59,729 bases of DNA from Gemmatimonadota bacterium. Its GTDB lineage: Bacteria > Gemmatimonadota > Gemmatimonadetes > Palauibacterales > KS3-K002. The notes beneath the pieces are model-generated. The model worked only from the letters and a program-made list of their open reading frames with translations, searched no databases and was not told the DNA's origin. Location of the stretch: contig JBFJOD010000003.1 in NCBI GenBank assembly GCA_041617795.1, positions 1 through 59,729 of the forward strand, given 5' to 3'. A program made the translations under genes and the position numbers. The number at the start of each line of letters is the position of its first letter. Within the stretch, counting starts at the first letter, position 1. Positions 9,210 through 19,570 of the stretch are shown piece after piece.

Positions 9210-12200
9210 GGTGATAGCGAGAGAGCTCGCAGCAGCAAGTGACCGTCCAGGCCGTCGAATAAAGCGGCGTGGTCGGCGGCGAGTCGTAAAGCGACCGCAC
9301 CTACATCCTTGCCGCGTTCGATGGCGCTCACCAATTCAACCGCGAACGCGCCAACAGCGGTTTCTGCGTTGAAGCTGTTTGCGTGCAACGCTTCGGTACG
9401 GCCGAGCGCCGCCAAGGCGGGAATCGCGAGCAGGTCGAGTGGGTCAACCGCATCCGTTGGGTTCGTGGCATCGACCACCGCTTGAAACGCCGCGCGTGCA
9501 CGATCGCGCTCGCCGAGTCGTCGCTCCGTGTGTCCCAGCAGATACTGCACGAGTCGCTCCTCCGGCTCGTACGGACGGCCCTGTCCCAGGTGCTCGGGCC
9601 AGTCGAGGGCGGCACGCAGGTGCTGCCGCGCGTCGGCGAACGCATCACGCTCAAGCGCGTCGAGAGCAGCCAACGTGTATGCCTGCTCGTACAGTAAGTG
9701 GCTGGTGCGCGCGCTTTCGGACGGAAGGACGTGAGTGGCATTCAGGATATCGATCGCCTCGCGCGATCGTCCGAGCTCGTTGAGCGACCGCACGTGCAAG
9801 AGATCCAGATTGAAATCGCCGGCGAACAACGTCCGGCCCCGGTCCGACTGGGCCAGTGCGTCTTCCCACCGCCCCCGATCTTGCAGATGCCGGACCAGAT
9901 GGATGCGAATCGTCCGGTCAGCGCCGTCAATCTGCACGGCGCGGCGCAAGTCCGCCTCCGGGTCCCGCCCGGAAAGGCGCTGGAGCAAGTGCGCGCGTGT
10001 CACGTAGAAAGGAGCGAAATCCGGCCGTTCGCCCAAGCCCACCAGCAGCTCGGCCAACTCGGCCTCCCGATCCAGGGCCCAGAGATTGAGCGCCAACAGA
10101 TAGGTCCACGACCAGTGGTCGTCATGTTCCGCAGCCCAGCGAATCACCGGAAGGGTCTCGCGCCGGAACGGAAAGACGAATATCGGGTCGGCGCCACCCG
10201 CAAGCACCGACGGGTCGTCCTCCAGCCACCCGCGCCAGACCCGGAGCAGCGGGTTTGACGAGACAGCCATGCCGAGGCGGAGCAGCGCAACGGCATCAGC
10301 GGGCGCGCCCCGTCGGACGTAGTCGACGGCGAGTTCCAGGATCGTCTGGTCGGGGTACTCGCTCCGCAACGTTGCGATCATCGCCTGCGCCGACGTCTGG
10401 CTCGGCGCTGCGAGAAAGGCCTCGGCCGTCGCGAGGTGATGCAGCGGATCGATCTCGAGCAGTTCCTCACGCATTGACGCGACCAGTGCCGAGTCGCCCC
10501 GCTTCCGACCGACCATCGCCAGCACCTGCCGTGCCGGCAGGTTGTACCGATCGTAGTCCAGCGCGAGCCGGGCGTACCGCGTGGTTTCAAGATCGTCACC
10601 GCCGGCGAGCGCCAATTCGGCCAGCTGGACGTAGGCGGCGGAGCGATACGCCATCGCCCGGGCTGCCCAGCCGTACGCCTCCCGCGCGTCGCTGGCACGG
10701 TTCAACGCTCGATAAAGGTTCCCGGCAGTGAAGTTCGCCGCGGCATCGTAGGTGTCGAGCTGCAATACACGAGTCACGTGTGTCAGCCCCGAGTCGTACC
10801 GGCCGCGGCGGTACTCCAGATCGCCGAGGCCGAGCAACGCGTCGCGATGCCACGGCTCTGCGGCGAGCGCCCGCTCGAACGATTTGCGGGCGGCGGCGTA
10901 GCGACGGCCCTGGGCCAACTCGCGTCCCTCCGCGACCCAGCGATCGGCGTCCGGGATCTGCGGCCATGCGGACGGGTCGGTCACGAACGGCCTGGCCAGG
11001 GCGCGCGTGGCGGCGTCGGACGTGTAATCCAGGCCGAGTGCGGGAAGCTCCACCCGGTAAATGGCTTCATCGGCCAGGTCGATGGTTCGTGTGACAGGTG
11101 CAAGGGCCGAGAACGCAATGGGTTGGGAGGCGATGACGCGGCCGCCGGATGAGATGCGCAGCGTGTCCGTGGTGTCACCGAACGCATTCACGCTCACGCT
11201 CAAGCGTCCGTCAGCGTGTCGAACGTGCATGGCGCCGTCGCGCGAGGCATCCGTGAGTCCGCCGATGCCCTCCAAAGGAAACCAGGTCTCGGTCCAGCGA
11301 TCGGCGACCCCGGGATCGAATCCTACCTGCGTGATCGGATTGCGCTCCGGCCCCGGCGCGTACTGGACGAGCAGCCGCCCGGCCTGGAATTCGATGTACT
11401 GCCCATCGCTATCGGTGAGCAGATCCTCCCACACACCCCCTTCACGGGACAGCGCCCAGAGCCAGAGCTTCTGCCCCGGCATTTCTTCGTAGCGCGCCCA
11501 GTGACCGAACCCGTACTCGTCGTCGTGGTAGTAACCGCCGAAAAAGTCGTCCAACTCTCCGACGACATGGTAGGACTTGTGTCCGGCGAACGTGTTGTTG
11601 GCATAGGCGGGCAGGTAGCGGCCCATGCTGTCGACGGGCCAGTCTCGTCGGGCTCCGGAATGTGCGAGAAAGGCGTTGCCCGGGATGGACATCTCGAGAT
11701 CACCGCGCGCGAAAGCCGCTGCCGTCATCCAGTTATAGTAAGGTTGTTCGAGCGGGGTCGGGTTGTACCAGAAAACGTGCGTCTCGAAATACGCGCGGTC
11801 GGCGGGCAGGCGGATCTCGACGCGCCAGTGGGTGCGGGATGGCAGATCCATCGCTCCGACGAAGCAACTCACGCTTCCGTCGGGATTCTCGCGCAAGACG
11901 TAATCGACTGGCGTGGCGGTCGACGGCGTGTGGCCGATGACCCCGAAGTTGAATTCGATCCCGCCCGAGGTCCACGGACCGCGCAGCGCGATATTCCGGA
12001 ACTTCATCACCTCGTTGCGATAGATGAACTCGTGTCCCGTGCGCTTCACGACGGCGCCCCACACCTTGCCGCCGGCCTGGGGGAGCACGAACACCTCGAT
12101 GAGGTCGTTCTCAAGGTGAACGACCTTCCATTCCTGCTGGACCCCGTCCCTCGCGTATCCTTCGAAGGAGTGGTAGGGGTACAGGCGGACATCACGCGTG

Positions 12201-12349
12201 AGGATCGGGATCGGATTGGGCTCCGAGAACGGGTAGGTCGTGATGACCCGCGTTGCCTCTGAGACGCGGGCGGTCTGGGCGGCGGACGGGGTGGCCAGCG
12301 ACGTGAGCGCGGCAATCAGCACGATCGTGGTGCGACACGACATAGGCAT
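9206..12349 (-). CDS. Exported DUF5107 domain plus TPR repeat protein
   Basis: Signal peptide (PSAA-Q); TYPFSEPNPIP, LENDLIEVFVLPQAGGKVWGA, IALRGPWTSGGIEFNFG, GQYIEFQAGRL, then many TPR helices. Confidence 0.82.
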   Translation of the reverse strand: MPMSCRTTIVLIAALTSLATPSAAQTARVSEATRVITTYPFSEPNPIPILTRDVRLYPYHSFEGYARDGVQQEWKVVHLENDLIEVFVLPQAGGKVWGAVVKRTGHEFIYRNEVMKFRNIALRGPWTSGGIEFNFGVIGHTPSTATPVDYVLRENPDGSVSCFVGAMDLPSRTHWRVEIRLPADRAYFETHVFWYNPTPLEQPYYNWMTAAAFARGDLEMSIPGNAFLAHSGARRDWPVDSMGRYLPAYANNTFAGHKSYHVVGELDDFFGGYYHDDEYGFGHWARYEEMPGQKLWLWALSREGGVWEDLLTDSDGQYIEFQAGRLLVQYAPGPERNPITQVGFDPGVADRWTETWFPLEGIGGLTDASRDGAMHVRHADGRLSVSVNAFGDTTDTLRISSGGRVIASQPIAFSALAPVTRTIDLADEAIYRVELPALGLDYTSDAATRALARPFVTDPSAWPQIPDADRWVAEGRELAQGRRYAAARKSFERALAAEPWHRDALLGLGDLEYRRGRYDSGLTHVTRVLQLDTYDAAANFTAGNLYRALNRASDAREAYGWAARAMAYRSAAYVQLAELALAGGDDLETTRYARLALDYDRYNLPARQVLAMVGRKRGDSALVASMREELLEIDPLHHLATAEAFLAAPSQTSAQAMIATLRSEYPDQTILELAVDYVRRGAPADAVALLRLGMAVSSNPLLRVWRGWLEDDPSVLAGGADPIFVFPFRRETLPVIRWAAEHDDHWSWTYLLALNLWALDREAELAELLVGLGERPDFAPFYVTRAHLLQRLSGRDPEADLRRAVQIDGADRTIRIHLVRHLQDRGRWEDALAQSDRGRTLFAGDFNLDLLHVRSLNELGRSREAIDILNATHVLPSESARTSHLLYEQAYTLAALDALERDAFADARQHLRAALDWPEHLGQGRPYEPEERLVQYLLGHTERRLGERDRARAAFQAVVDATNPTDAVDPLDLLAIPALAALGRTEALHANSFNAETAVGAFAVELVSAIERGKDVGAVALRLAADHAALFDGLDGHLLLRALSLSP

Positions 12350-12499
12350 GGCGTTGTCGAGGTTCTGGTGGGAGCGGGGGATCGTTAGGCAATCTACGGG
12401 TCAATCAGTGCCATATCCACCGGCGATTCGCAGAGGATATGACCCTATTCCGATGTTCACGCCAAGGCTCCGTGAGCGATGACTGTGGGGTTTCGTCCC

Positions 12500-12528
12500 T
12501 TGACGGCGAGAGGCCGCAACGGGATAAT
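12500..12528 (+). promoter_or_regulatory. sigma70-type promoter, probably giving a leaderless transcript
   Basis: TTGACG (12500-12505), 17 bp, GATAAT (12523-12528), then ATG 7 nt later with no SD. Confidence 0.6.
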
Positions 12529-12535
12529 GTGCGGT

Positions 12536-12757
12536 ATGGATCCCGACACGGTGGAAGCATTACTGGTATTCGGCAAGACCGGTGCGATAATAGGAGCGGG
12601 CTGCGCCTTCACCTTGGGGAGCATCTGGGGTATGTGCGCAGCCGGAATAAACTACTTCCAAAGGAAGGACCGCAGAGACGAATTGATGAAGTTATACGAA
12701 GAAGGGAAAATCACGACAAGACCGACAATCCTGAACGCAGACAAGATCGTAGTTTAG
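12536..12757 (+). CDS. Small single-pass membrane protein (73 aa), unknown function
   Basis: MDPDTVEALLVFGKTGAIIGAGCAFTLGSIWGMCAAGINYF plus a charged tail; fills an intergenic gap directly behind a promoter; atypical codons. Confidence 0.55.
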   Translation: MDPDTVEALLVFGKTGAIIGAGCAFTLGSIWGMCAAGINYFQRKDRRDELMKLYEEGKITTRPTILNADKIVV

Positions 12758-12924
12758 GCAAAGCGGCAGCTAGAAGCGCAGCGAGCAGCACCCCTAACCG
12801 CCAACTTCCCAATACCTCACAGCAGGCTCCCGGTCCAGGATGCCGAACACCATTCTTGCGGTGAGGCACGCGTCTGCAGGTGCTCGGATACGCGTCCGGC
12901 GCGGCGGAGCTATGAATCGAAGCG

Positions 12925-14976
12925 TCAGTTGCCAGTGACCAGAGCCCGGAAGCCGGGGCGATCCTTCAGGACGTCGAAGCGTGGATCGAGTGCGATCGCC
13001 TTCGCCGACCAGATGTGCGCACCTGAGAGGTATTGCTCCAACTGCGCCACCGCGGAGTCGGGCTCGCCGACGCCCGCATAGATGTAGGCGAGCGCCAGTT
13101 GGGACTCGGGATTGAAGTAGGCGTCCATCGAGGCGGGGAACAGCTCGATCGCGCGTCGCCCGCTGCGAATCGCTTCGGCCTTGCGGCCCAGACCGGCCAG
13201 AGCGTGGCCTAAGGCCGCGTGCATGCGGTAATCGGCTGGGTGCTCGGCGAGCTCAACCTCCAAAACCGTCCGTGCGGAGTCGAACGCCGCCTGCGCGGAA
13301 GCGGGCGAGCCGGAAAACTGGTGAATCCAGCCGGAGAGCAGCGGCTTGGGGTAATAGAGCCATTGGGTCCTTAACGCGTCGTCAGGGTTCGAGGCCACCG
13401 TCTCGCGCGCGGCCGTGTAGTCGCGTGCGAGAAGGTCCCCGTGGAATCGACCCCAGAACACCATGAATGACAGGGCGGGGTCGATGCGACGGGTCACCTG
13501 GCGAAGGGGTCCAGGATCCCCGTCGCGGTTCAGCGCGAGCAAGGCGATGTCGACTTCGGCCGGGTAGTTCTCCGGGGCCAAGTCCAATGCCCGTCTAAAC
13601 TGACGTTCCGCCTCGTCGTAGCGATGCAGGGCGGCGTAGGTCTCGCCGATCTCCACCGGCATGTTCGAGTCGCGCGGGTCAATTTCGGCGGCGCGTTGCA
13701 AGGTCGTCAGCGCCTCCTCCCAACGCCCCTGTCGCCGGTAGATGTACGCTCGCAGCTTCACCAGTTCGACGTCGCCTGGCAGCCCCCGTTCGGCGATCGC
13801 CAGCTCCTCCAGCGCCGCGTCGAACTCGCGAAAGACCCAGTAGTGGAAGTAGCTCTGCGCCAGATGCGCTTCGGGCAGTTGCGGGTCGATGGTCAGTGCA
13901 CGCTCCGCTGCGGCGCGGGCAGCACGCAACCGCTCGTCGGAGCGATCGAAGTAGAAGTGGTAGTAGCGGGAGTGGATGATCGACAGCCAGGCGTGGGCCG
14001 CGGCGAACTCGGGATCGATCTCCACGGCCTGCTCGAACAGGCGCTGGGCGCTGCTGAAGTCGTTCACCTGCCAGCCCGGACGATTGAAGTACTCCTTACC
14101 GCGCAGGTAGAAATCGTAGGCGCGTAGGTCGTCCGTCGGTCGCGCTTCGATCCGCCGGAGTTCTTCTGGACTCAGCCTGGCGCGAAGCGCGTCGGTGATA
14201 GCGCTGGCGATCTCACTCTGGATGGCGAAGATGTTGGCCACCGAGAGCGTTCGGTTGTAAGTCTCCGCCCAGAGATGCTGGTCGCTGCTGGCGTCGATGA
14301 GCTGGACGTTGATTCGCACCTGGTCGCCGGCGCGCTGCACGCCGCCCTCCAGCACGGCGGCCACGCCCAGCTCCATGCCGATCTCACGCAGGTTCTTGGT
14401 CGTGTTCCGATACTCCTGCACCGAGGTGCGCGAGATGACTTTCAGGTCTCTGATCTTGGACAGCTGGGTGAGCAGGTCGTCGTGGATGCCGTCGGTGAAC
14501 GGCTGGTTCGCCTCGTCGCGGCTCAGGTTGGTGAAGGGGAGAACGGCGACGGAGCGGCGATCGACGGCGGCAAGGTCCTCATCGGCGGTACCGACCCCGC
14601 CGCCCAGCACCCACCAGCCGCCGCCGGCCATCAGGACGACGCCAGCCAGCGCCAGGATCCCCGCCGGCCAGCGGCGCCCGCGTGGCTGGGCGACGATTGC
14701 CTCCAGTTCAGCGCTCGAGGCGGACCGCTCGCGCTGCACCCCTTCCGGCGTCCGCTCGAACGCCCAGGCTAGGACCAGCGCCAGCGGGAAGCCGAGGATA
14801 GCGACGAGCGCGATGGCGGTGGCCACAGCCTCGGGAAGCCGCAAGGCGGGGACGAGAAAATCGGCCGCCTGCATCACGGCGAAGGCGACGGCGCCGTAGA
14901 CGGCGGCCACCTTGAAAACCTGGCGCCGCTTGAGCTCGGCGAAAAATGTCTGGTAAGGCCTGGGGCGGTCCGTCAT
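12925..14976 (-). CDS. Membrane-anchored TolB-N/FlgO-like plus TPR protein
   Basis: FFAELKRRQVFKVAAVY three-TM module; SVAVLPFTNLS, LKVISRTSV, VRINVQLIDA..HLWAETY; TPRs; LDPRFDVLKDRPGF end. ATG 14976 preferred over the track start. Confidence 0.85.
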   Translation of the reverse strand: MTDRPRPYQTFFAELKRRQVFKVAAVYGAVAFAVMQAADFLVPALRLPEAVATAIALVAILGFPLALVLAWAFERTPEGVQRERSASSAELEAIVAQPRGRRWPAGILALAGVVLMAGGGWWVLGGGVGTADEDLAAVDRRSVAVLPFTNLSRDEANQPFTDGIHDDLLTQLSKIRDLKVISRTSVQEYRNTTKNLREIGMELGVAAVLEGGVQRAGDQVRINVQLIDASSDQHLWAETYNRTLSVANIFAIQSEIASAITDALRARLSPEELRRIEARPTDDLRAYDFYLRGKEYFNRPGWQVNDFSSAQRLFEQAVEIDPEFAAAHAWLSIIHSRYYHFYFDRSDERLRAARAAAERALTIDPQLPEAHLAQSYFHYWVFREFDAALEELAIAERGLPGDVELVKLRAYIYRRQGRWEEALTTLQRAAEIDPRDSNMPVEIGETYAALHRYDEAERQFRRALDLAPENYPAEVDIALLALNRDGDPGPLRQVTRRIDPALSFMVFWGRFHGDLLARDYTAARETVASNPDDALRTQWLYYPKPLLSGWIHQFSGSPASAQAAFDSARTVLEVELAEHPADYRMHAALGHALAGLGRKAEAIRSGRRAIELFPASMDAYFNPESQLALAYIYAGVGEPDSAVAQLEQYLSGAHIWSAKAIALDPRFDVLKDRPGFRALVTGN

Positions 14977-15118
14977 CTGCGCTCGCGTGTAATGGCTGTC
15001 CGGGGGTCGCTCGGCGGCCAAATATGCATTCCGGGGGGTCGGGTATCAACGCGGAGGCGCGGCGGAGCCCCTGGCCTAAGGCCGACCCATTTCGGTAGGC
15101 ATATTCGGACTGGCGGAA

Positions 15119-15712
15119 TCAGGTAACCCTCAGGCCCCCCAGGAGTAGATCGTTCACGGGATCCGAGCGCGACGCCAGGCGCGTGTTCTTGCTCGAGAGA
15201 ACCCAGTCGGTGGCCATCTCGTCCAGAATGCCGAACACCACCTTGGCAGCGAACAAGGCGTCCAGATCGTGCTTGAAGACTCCCTCCTGTTTGCCTTGTT
15301 CCACGACCCGGGCGATCAGGGCGAGATAGTCGCGCATGCGGCTGCGGGACAGCCGCTCCAGGATGTGCAGTGTGTGACGGAACTCCACTTGGAAGATCAC
15401 CGCCAGGTCACGGTCCTCACCCAGCAGAGACAGATGGAGGGCAACGAGGCGACGCAGCTTGTCCTCAGCGCCGGCACCGTCCTCCTCCACGATGCAGGCC
15501 GCCTCCTCGTTGAAGCGCTGCATGGCGCGCTCGAAGATGGAAACCAGCAGGTCTTCCTTGCTCTTGAAGTAGAGGTAGATGGTCCCGTCGGCCACCCCGG
15601 CGCGGCGGGCGATGGTCGACACCGTCGTGCCGTAATAGCCGCGCCGGGCGATCTCCAGCACGGCCGCGTCCAGGATCTGCTCCCGCCTGGCCTCTTTCCG
15701 CTCGCCGCTCAA
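15119..15712 (-). CDS. fadR: TetR-family fatty acid degradation repressor (Bacillus FadR/YsiA type)
   Basis: IARRAGVADGTIYLYFKSKEDLL HTH and YsiA-like C-terminus; divergent from fadNAE. Confidence 0.85.
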   Translation of the reverse strand: MSGERKEARREQILDAAVLEIARRGYYGTTVSTIARRAGVADGTIYLYFKSKEDLLVSIFERAMQRFNEEAACIVEEDGAGAEDKLRRLVALHLSLLGEDRDLAVIFQVEFRHTLHILERLSRSRMRDYLALIARVVEQGKQEGVFKHDLDALFAAKVVFGILDEMATDWVLSSKNTRLASRSDPVNDLLLGGLRVT

Positions 15713-15742
15713 GCTGCCACTCCCGACTTGGAAGGCTTCAAA

Positions 15743-15756
15743 TGAATACCTACTCA
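15743..15756. promoter_or_regulatory. Second FadR box (autoregulatory)
   Basis: TGAATACCTACTCA; its reverse complement matches 11/14 positions of the box at 15895; lies in the fadR leader. Confidence 0.6.
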
Positions 15757-15806
15757 GTGCCGTAAGGCGCTGGCGGGCACACCCATCGCTTGGCCCACAC
15801 CAGCCT

Positions 15807-15835
15807 ATTATAGGTCAGGATAGCCTTTTGCACAA
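15807..15835 (-). promoter_or_regulatory. sigma70 promoter of fadR
   Basis: Minus strand TTGTGC, 17 bp, perfect TATAAT (15812-15807). Confidence 0.6.
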
Positions 15836-15863
15836 AGGGACACGCTGCGGCGAGCCGAGAAGG

Positions 15864-15892
15864 TTGACAAGCGAGGCAATCGAAGGTAGCCT
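15864..15892 (+). promoter_or_regulatory. sigma70 promoter of fadNAE
   Basis: TTGACA (15864-15869), 17 bp, TAGCCT (15887-15892). Confidence 0.72.
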
Positions 15893-15910
15893 ACTGAATG
15901 AGTATTCAGT
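15893..15910. promoter_or_regulatory. FadR operator
   Basis: ACTGAATGAGTATTCAGT, a near-palindrome that fits the Bacillus FadR box TGAATGAnTAnTCA and covers the predicted +1. Confidence 0.82.
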
Positions 15911-15932
15911 TTTCCGGCCGCGGAGGGTCCCA

Positions 15933-18335
15933 ATGAAGAGGCACGTTAGCAAGGTTGCAGTACTCGGGTCTGGTGTGATGGGCAGCGCCATCGCCGCTCA
16001 TTTCGCCAACGCCGGTGTCCCGTCACTGGTTTTGGACATCGTCCCCAGAGAGCCCAGCGAGGCGGAGAAGGCCGCCGGGCTCACCCTGAAGGACCGAGCG
16101 GTCCGCGACCGGCTGGCGGCGAATTCGGTGAAGGCACTGCTCAAGGCCAAGCCGGCGCCCTTGTTCACGGCGGAGCGGCTGGGCCTCATCGAGGTCGGCA
16201 ATCTCGAGGACGATCTGCCGCGCCTCAAGGAGGCGGACTGGGTCGTTGAGGTTGTGAAGGAGGATCTGGAGATCAAGAAGAAGGTGCTGGCCGCCGCGGC
16301 CCCTCACATTGGACCCGAGGCAATCCTGACCAGCAACACCTCGGGCCTGTCGCTGGCCGAGATGGCTTCCGTGCTGCCGGACTCGCTCAAGCCACGCTTC
16401 CTCGGCACCCACTTCTTCAACCCGCCCCGCTACATGAAGCTGCTGGAGGTGATCTCCACCGCCGACACCGCGCCGGAGGTGTTCGCCTTCGTGGATAGCT
16501 ACTCGACGACGCGACTGGGGAAGGGGGTCGTTCCGGCCAAGGATACGCCCAACTTCATCGCCAATCGCATCGGCATACAGGCTGTGATGGTAACGCTGCA
16601 GGTGATGCGGGAGATGGGCTTCACGGTGGAGGAGGTGGACGCGCTAACGGGCCCGGCGCTGGGCCGTCCCAAGACCGCCACCTTCCGACTGATGGACCTG
16701 GTGGGTCTCGATACTTTCCTGCACGTGGCTGAAAACGTGCGCAAGAATGCTCCGGACGACGAGAGCCGCGACGTCTTCGCCGACACCGCGCTGCTCGAGA
16801 AGATGGTGGAGAAGGGCCTGCTGGGCCGTAAGGTCGGCGCCGGCTTCTATAAGAAGGTCAAAGGTGCGAACGGTTCACAGATCCTCACACTCGACCTGGA
16901 GACGCTGGAGTATCGAGAGGGTAAGAAGGCGTCATTCTCGGAACTCGAGGCGGTCAAGGCCATCGACGACCCGGTGGAGCGGGTGAGCAAGCTCATCTTC
17001 GGGAAGGGCCGCGCGGCCGAGGCGGTGTGGAAGATGCTGGCGGCCACGCTGTCTTACTCGGCGATGCGCGTCGGCGGGATCTGTGACGACGTCTCGGCCA
17101 TCGACCGAGCCATCCGCTGGGGGTTCAACTGGACTTTGGGGCCATTCGAGGCTTGGGATGCCCTGGGGTTCCGCGCCGTCACCGAGCGGCTCAAAGCCGA
17201 CAAGTATGCGCTCCCCGAGTGGGTGGGCGCACTGTACGATGCGGGCGCGAAGTCGATCTACCAGCGTGAGAACGGCGCGCTCCAGGTGCCCACCGCGAAG
17301 GCGGGAGCCCTGGCGTCCGTGCCCGTCGACCCGCGGGTCTTCGAGTTCGAGATCTTGCGTTCTGCCGGCAAGGAGATCCGCCGCAACGCCGGCGCTAGCC
17401 TGCTGGACTTAGGCGATGGCGTCTTCGCGCTCGAGTTCCATTCGAAGATGAACGTCATCGGCGCCGACACGATCTCGATGATGATGACCGCCTGTAAAGA
17501 GGCGGAAACGCAGGGGCAGGCACTGGTGGTGGCCAACTACGGAGAGAACTTCAGCGCCGGTGCCAACCTGATGCTGCTGCTGATGGAAGCCCAGGAAGGC
17601 AACTGGGACGAGATCGACGTGATCGTCCGCCAGTTCCAGGCGGCCACCAACCGGCTAGAACAGTGTGCTGTCCCGGTGGTGACTGTCCCGCATGGCTTGA
17701 CCCTGGGTGGCGGCTGCGAGGTGACCATGGCCGGCAACGCGGTCCGGGCCGCCGCCGAGACCTATATCGGGCTGGTGGAGTTCGGCGCCGGCGTGATCCC
17801 CGCCGGAGGCGGCTGCTTACGGCTTTACAAACGCAACGTGGCTACGCTGACCGACCCGACGGACGTCTACCCGGCGCTGCGCAAGACCTTCGAGACCATC
17901 GGTATGGCGAAGGTGGCGACGTCCGCCGAAGAGGGGCGGGATCTTGGCTTCTTGCGGCCCCAGGACACCTGGTCGATGAACGGCGACCATCGCGTGGCCG
18001 ACGCCCGGGATCTGGCGCTGGCGATGGCCCGTGCCGGTTTCGAGCCGCCGCTGCCCGAGCGGGCGATCCCGGTGATGGGCAAGGCAGGAGTGGCGCTGGT
18101 GGAGTCGGTGCTCTTCAACATGGAGCAGGGCGGCTACATCTCGGAGCACGACCGCAAGATCGGGCGCGAACTGGGGCGGATCCTGAGTGGCGGCGACGTT
18201 CCCGGCCCAACCAAGGTGTCGGAGCAACACATCCTCGATCTGGAACGCGAGAGCTTTCTGCGGCTCTGCGGCGAGCGGAAGAGCCTCGAGCGCATGCAGG
18301 CGATACTCAAGACGGGGAAACCCCTGCGGAACTGA
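15933..18335 (+). CDS. fadN: 3-hydroxyacyl-CoA dehydrogenase / enoyl-CoA hydratase
   Basis: ATG 15933 after GGAGG; GSGVMG, SNTSGL, HFFNPPRYMKLLE, crotonase NFSAGANL and GGGCE, C-terminal GKPLRN. Confidence 0.93.
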   Translation: MKRHVSKVAVLGSGVMGSAIAAHFANAGVPSLVLDIVPREPSEAEKAAGLTLKDRAVRDRLAANSVKALLKAKPAPLFTAERLGLIEVGNLEDDLPRLKEADWVVEVVKEDLEIKKKVLAAAAPHIGPEAILTSNTSGLSLAEMASVLPDSLKPRFLGTHFFNPPRYMKLLEVISTADTAPEVFAFVDSYSTTRLGKGVVPAKDTPNFIANRIGIQAVMVTLQVMREMGFTVEEVDALTGPALGRPKTATFRLMDLVGLDTFLHVAENVRKNAPDDESRDVFADTALLEKMVEKGLLGRKVGAGFYKKVKGANGSQILTLDLETLEYREGKKASFSELEAVKAIDDPVERVSKLIFGKGRAAEAVWKMLAATLSYSAMRVGGICDDVSAIDRAIRWGFNWTLGPFEAWDALGFRAVTERLKADKYALPEWVGALYDAGAKSIYQRENGALQVPTAKAGALASVPVDPRVFEFEILRSAGKEIRRNAGASLLDLGDGVFALEFHSKMNVIGADTISMMMTACKEAETQGQALVVANYGENFSAGANLMLLLMEAQEGNWDEIDVIVRQFQAATNRLEQCAVPVVTVPHGLTLGGGCEVTMAGNAVRAAAETYIGLVEFGAGVIPAGGGCLRLYKRNVATLTDPTDVYPALRKTFETIGMAKVATSAEEGRDLGFLRPQDTWSMNGDHRVADARDLALAMARAGFEPPLPERAIPVMGKAGVALVESVLFNMEQGGYISEHDRKIGRELGRILSGGDVPGPTKVSEQHILDLERESFLRLCGERKSLERMQAILKTGKPLRN

Positions 18336-18358
18336 CGGAAGGAAAAAGGAGAACGGCG

Positions 18359-19543
18359 ATGCGAGACGTTGTAGTGGTCCTGGCGCTGCGAACTCCCGGC
18401 GGCCGGGCGAACAAAGGAACCTTCCGGCAGACGCGTCCTGATGATCTGGGTGCGACGGTGATCCGCGCGCTGCTCGAGCGGGCCCCGAACCTCGACCCGG
18501 CGCGGATCGACGACGTGGTGCTGGGTTGCGCGATGCCCGAGGGCGAGCAGGGGATGAATGTGGGCCGGAACGTGGTGCTGCTAGCCGGGCTGCCTGACAG
18601 CGTGCCCGGCATGACGGTGAATCGCTTCTGTTCCTCCGGTCTGGAAACGGTCAACCTGGCCGCCGCCGAGATCGCGTTGGGGCAGAAAGATGTCGTGATC
18701 GCGGGCGGCGTGGAATCGATGACGCTGGTGCCGATGGGCGGTATGCGCTACTTGCCTAATCCCACGATGGCCGCCGAGGCGCCGGGAACCTACCTGAACA
18801 TGGGCCTCACCGCGGAGCGGCTGGCTGATCGAGATGGCATCAGCCGGGAAGCCCAGGACGCCTTCGCCTATCACAGCCACGCGAAAGCCCTTGATGCCCA
18901 AAAGCACGGCAAGTTCGATACGGAGTTGGTGGCGGTGAAGACCGCGGTAAGCGAACCCGGACCAAACGGCAAGCCAGCGGTTCGCGAAGTTGTTCTGGAC
19001 CGGGACGAAGGCCCACGGGCCGACACTACCCTCGAGGCGCTGGCCAAGCTGAAGCCCGCGTTCAAGGCGGGCGGCACGGTGACGGCGGGGAACGCCAGCC
19101 AGATGACGGACGGCGCCGCCGCCGTGCTGCTGACCACGCCGGAAATCGCTGCCGAGCTCGAGCTCCAGCCGTTGGCGCGCTGGGTCGGCTACGCCGTGGC
19201 GGGCGTGCCACCCGAGATCATGGGAATCGGCCCGGTGAAGGCGGTGCCAAAGGTTCTCGACCGCGTCGGGTTGAAGTTGGCCGACATGGACGTGATCGAA
19301 TTGAACGAGGCGTTTGCCGCTCAGAGCCTGGCCGTGCTTAAGGGCCTGGATCTGGAAGCCGAGGACCCGCGGCTCAACCCCAATGGTGGGGCGATCGCGC
19401 TGGGCCACCCGCTCGGCTGCACGGGCACCAAGCTGACGGCCACCGCCCTACACGAGTTACGGCGCCGCAAGGGGCGCTATGCCATGGTGACCATGTGCAT
19501 CGGCACCGGCATGGGTGCCGCGGGCATTTTCGAGGCAATGTAA
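18359..19543 (+). CDS. fadA: Acetyl-CoA C-acyltransferase (thiolase)
   Basis: ATG 18359 after AGGAG; [26 protein letters not shown]. Confidence 0.95.
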   Translation: MRDVVVVLALRTPGGRANKGTFRQTRPDDLGATVIRALLERAPNLDPARIDDVVLGCAMPEGEQGMNVGRNVVLLAGLPDSVPGMTVNRFCSSGLETVNLAAAEIALGQKDVVIAGGVESMTLVPMGGMRYLPNPTMAAEAPGTYLNMGLTAERLADRDGISREAQDAFAYHSHAKALDAQKHGKFDTELVAVKTAVSEPGPNGKPAVREVVLDRDEGPRADTTLEALAKLKPAFKAGGTVTAGNASQMTDGAAAVLLTTPEIAAELELQPLARWVGYAVAGVPPEIMGIGPVKAVPKVLDRVGLKLADMDVIELNEAFAAQSLAVLKGLDLEAEDPRLNPNGGAIALGHPLGCTGTKLTATALHELRRRKGRYAMVTMCIGTGMGAAGIFEAM

Positions 19544-19570
19544 ACGCGCGGTTCAGCGCAGGAGATCGTC

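Noticed and set aside
17663-18358. Apparent 232-aa N-terminal extension of the thiolase (possible fusion or frameshift)
   Set aside because: It overlaps fadN out of frame with Arg/Gly-rich junk; fadA has its own RBS and ATG at 18359.
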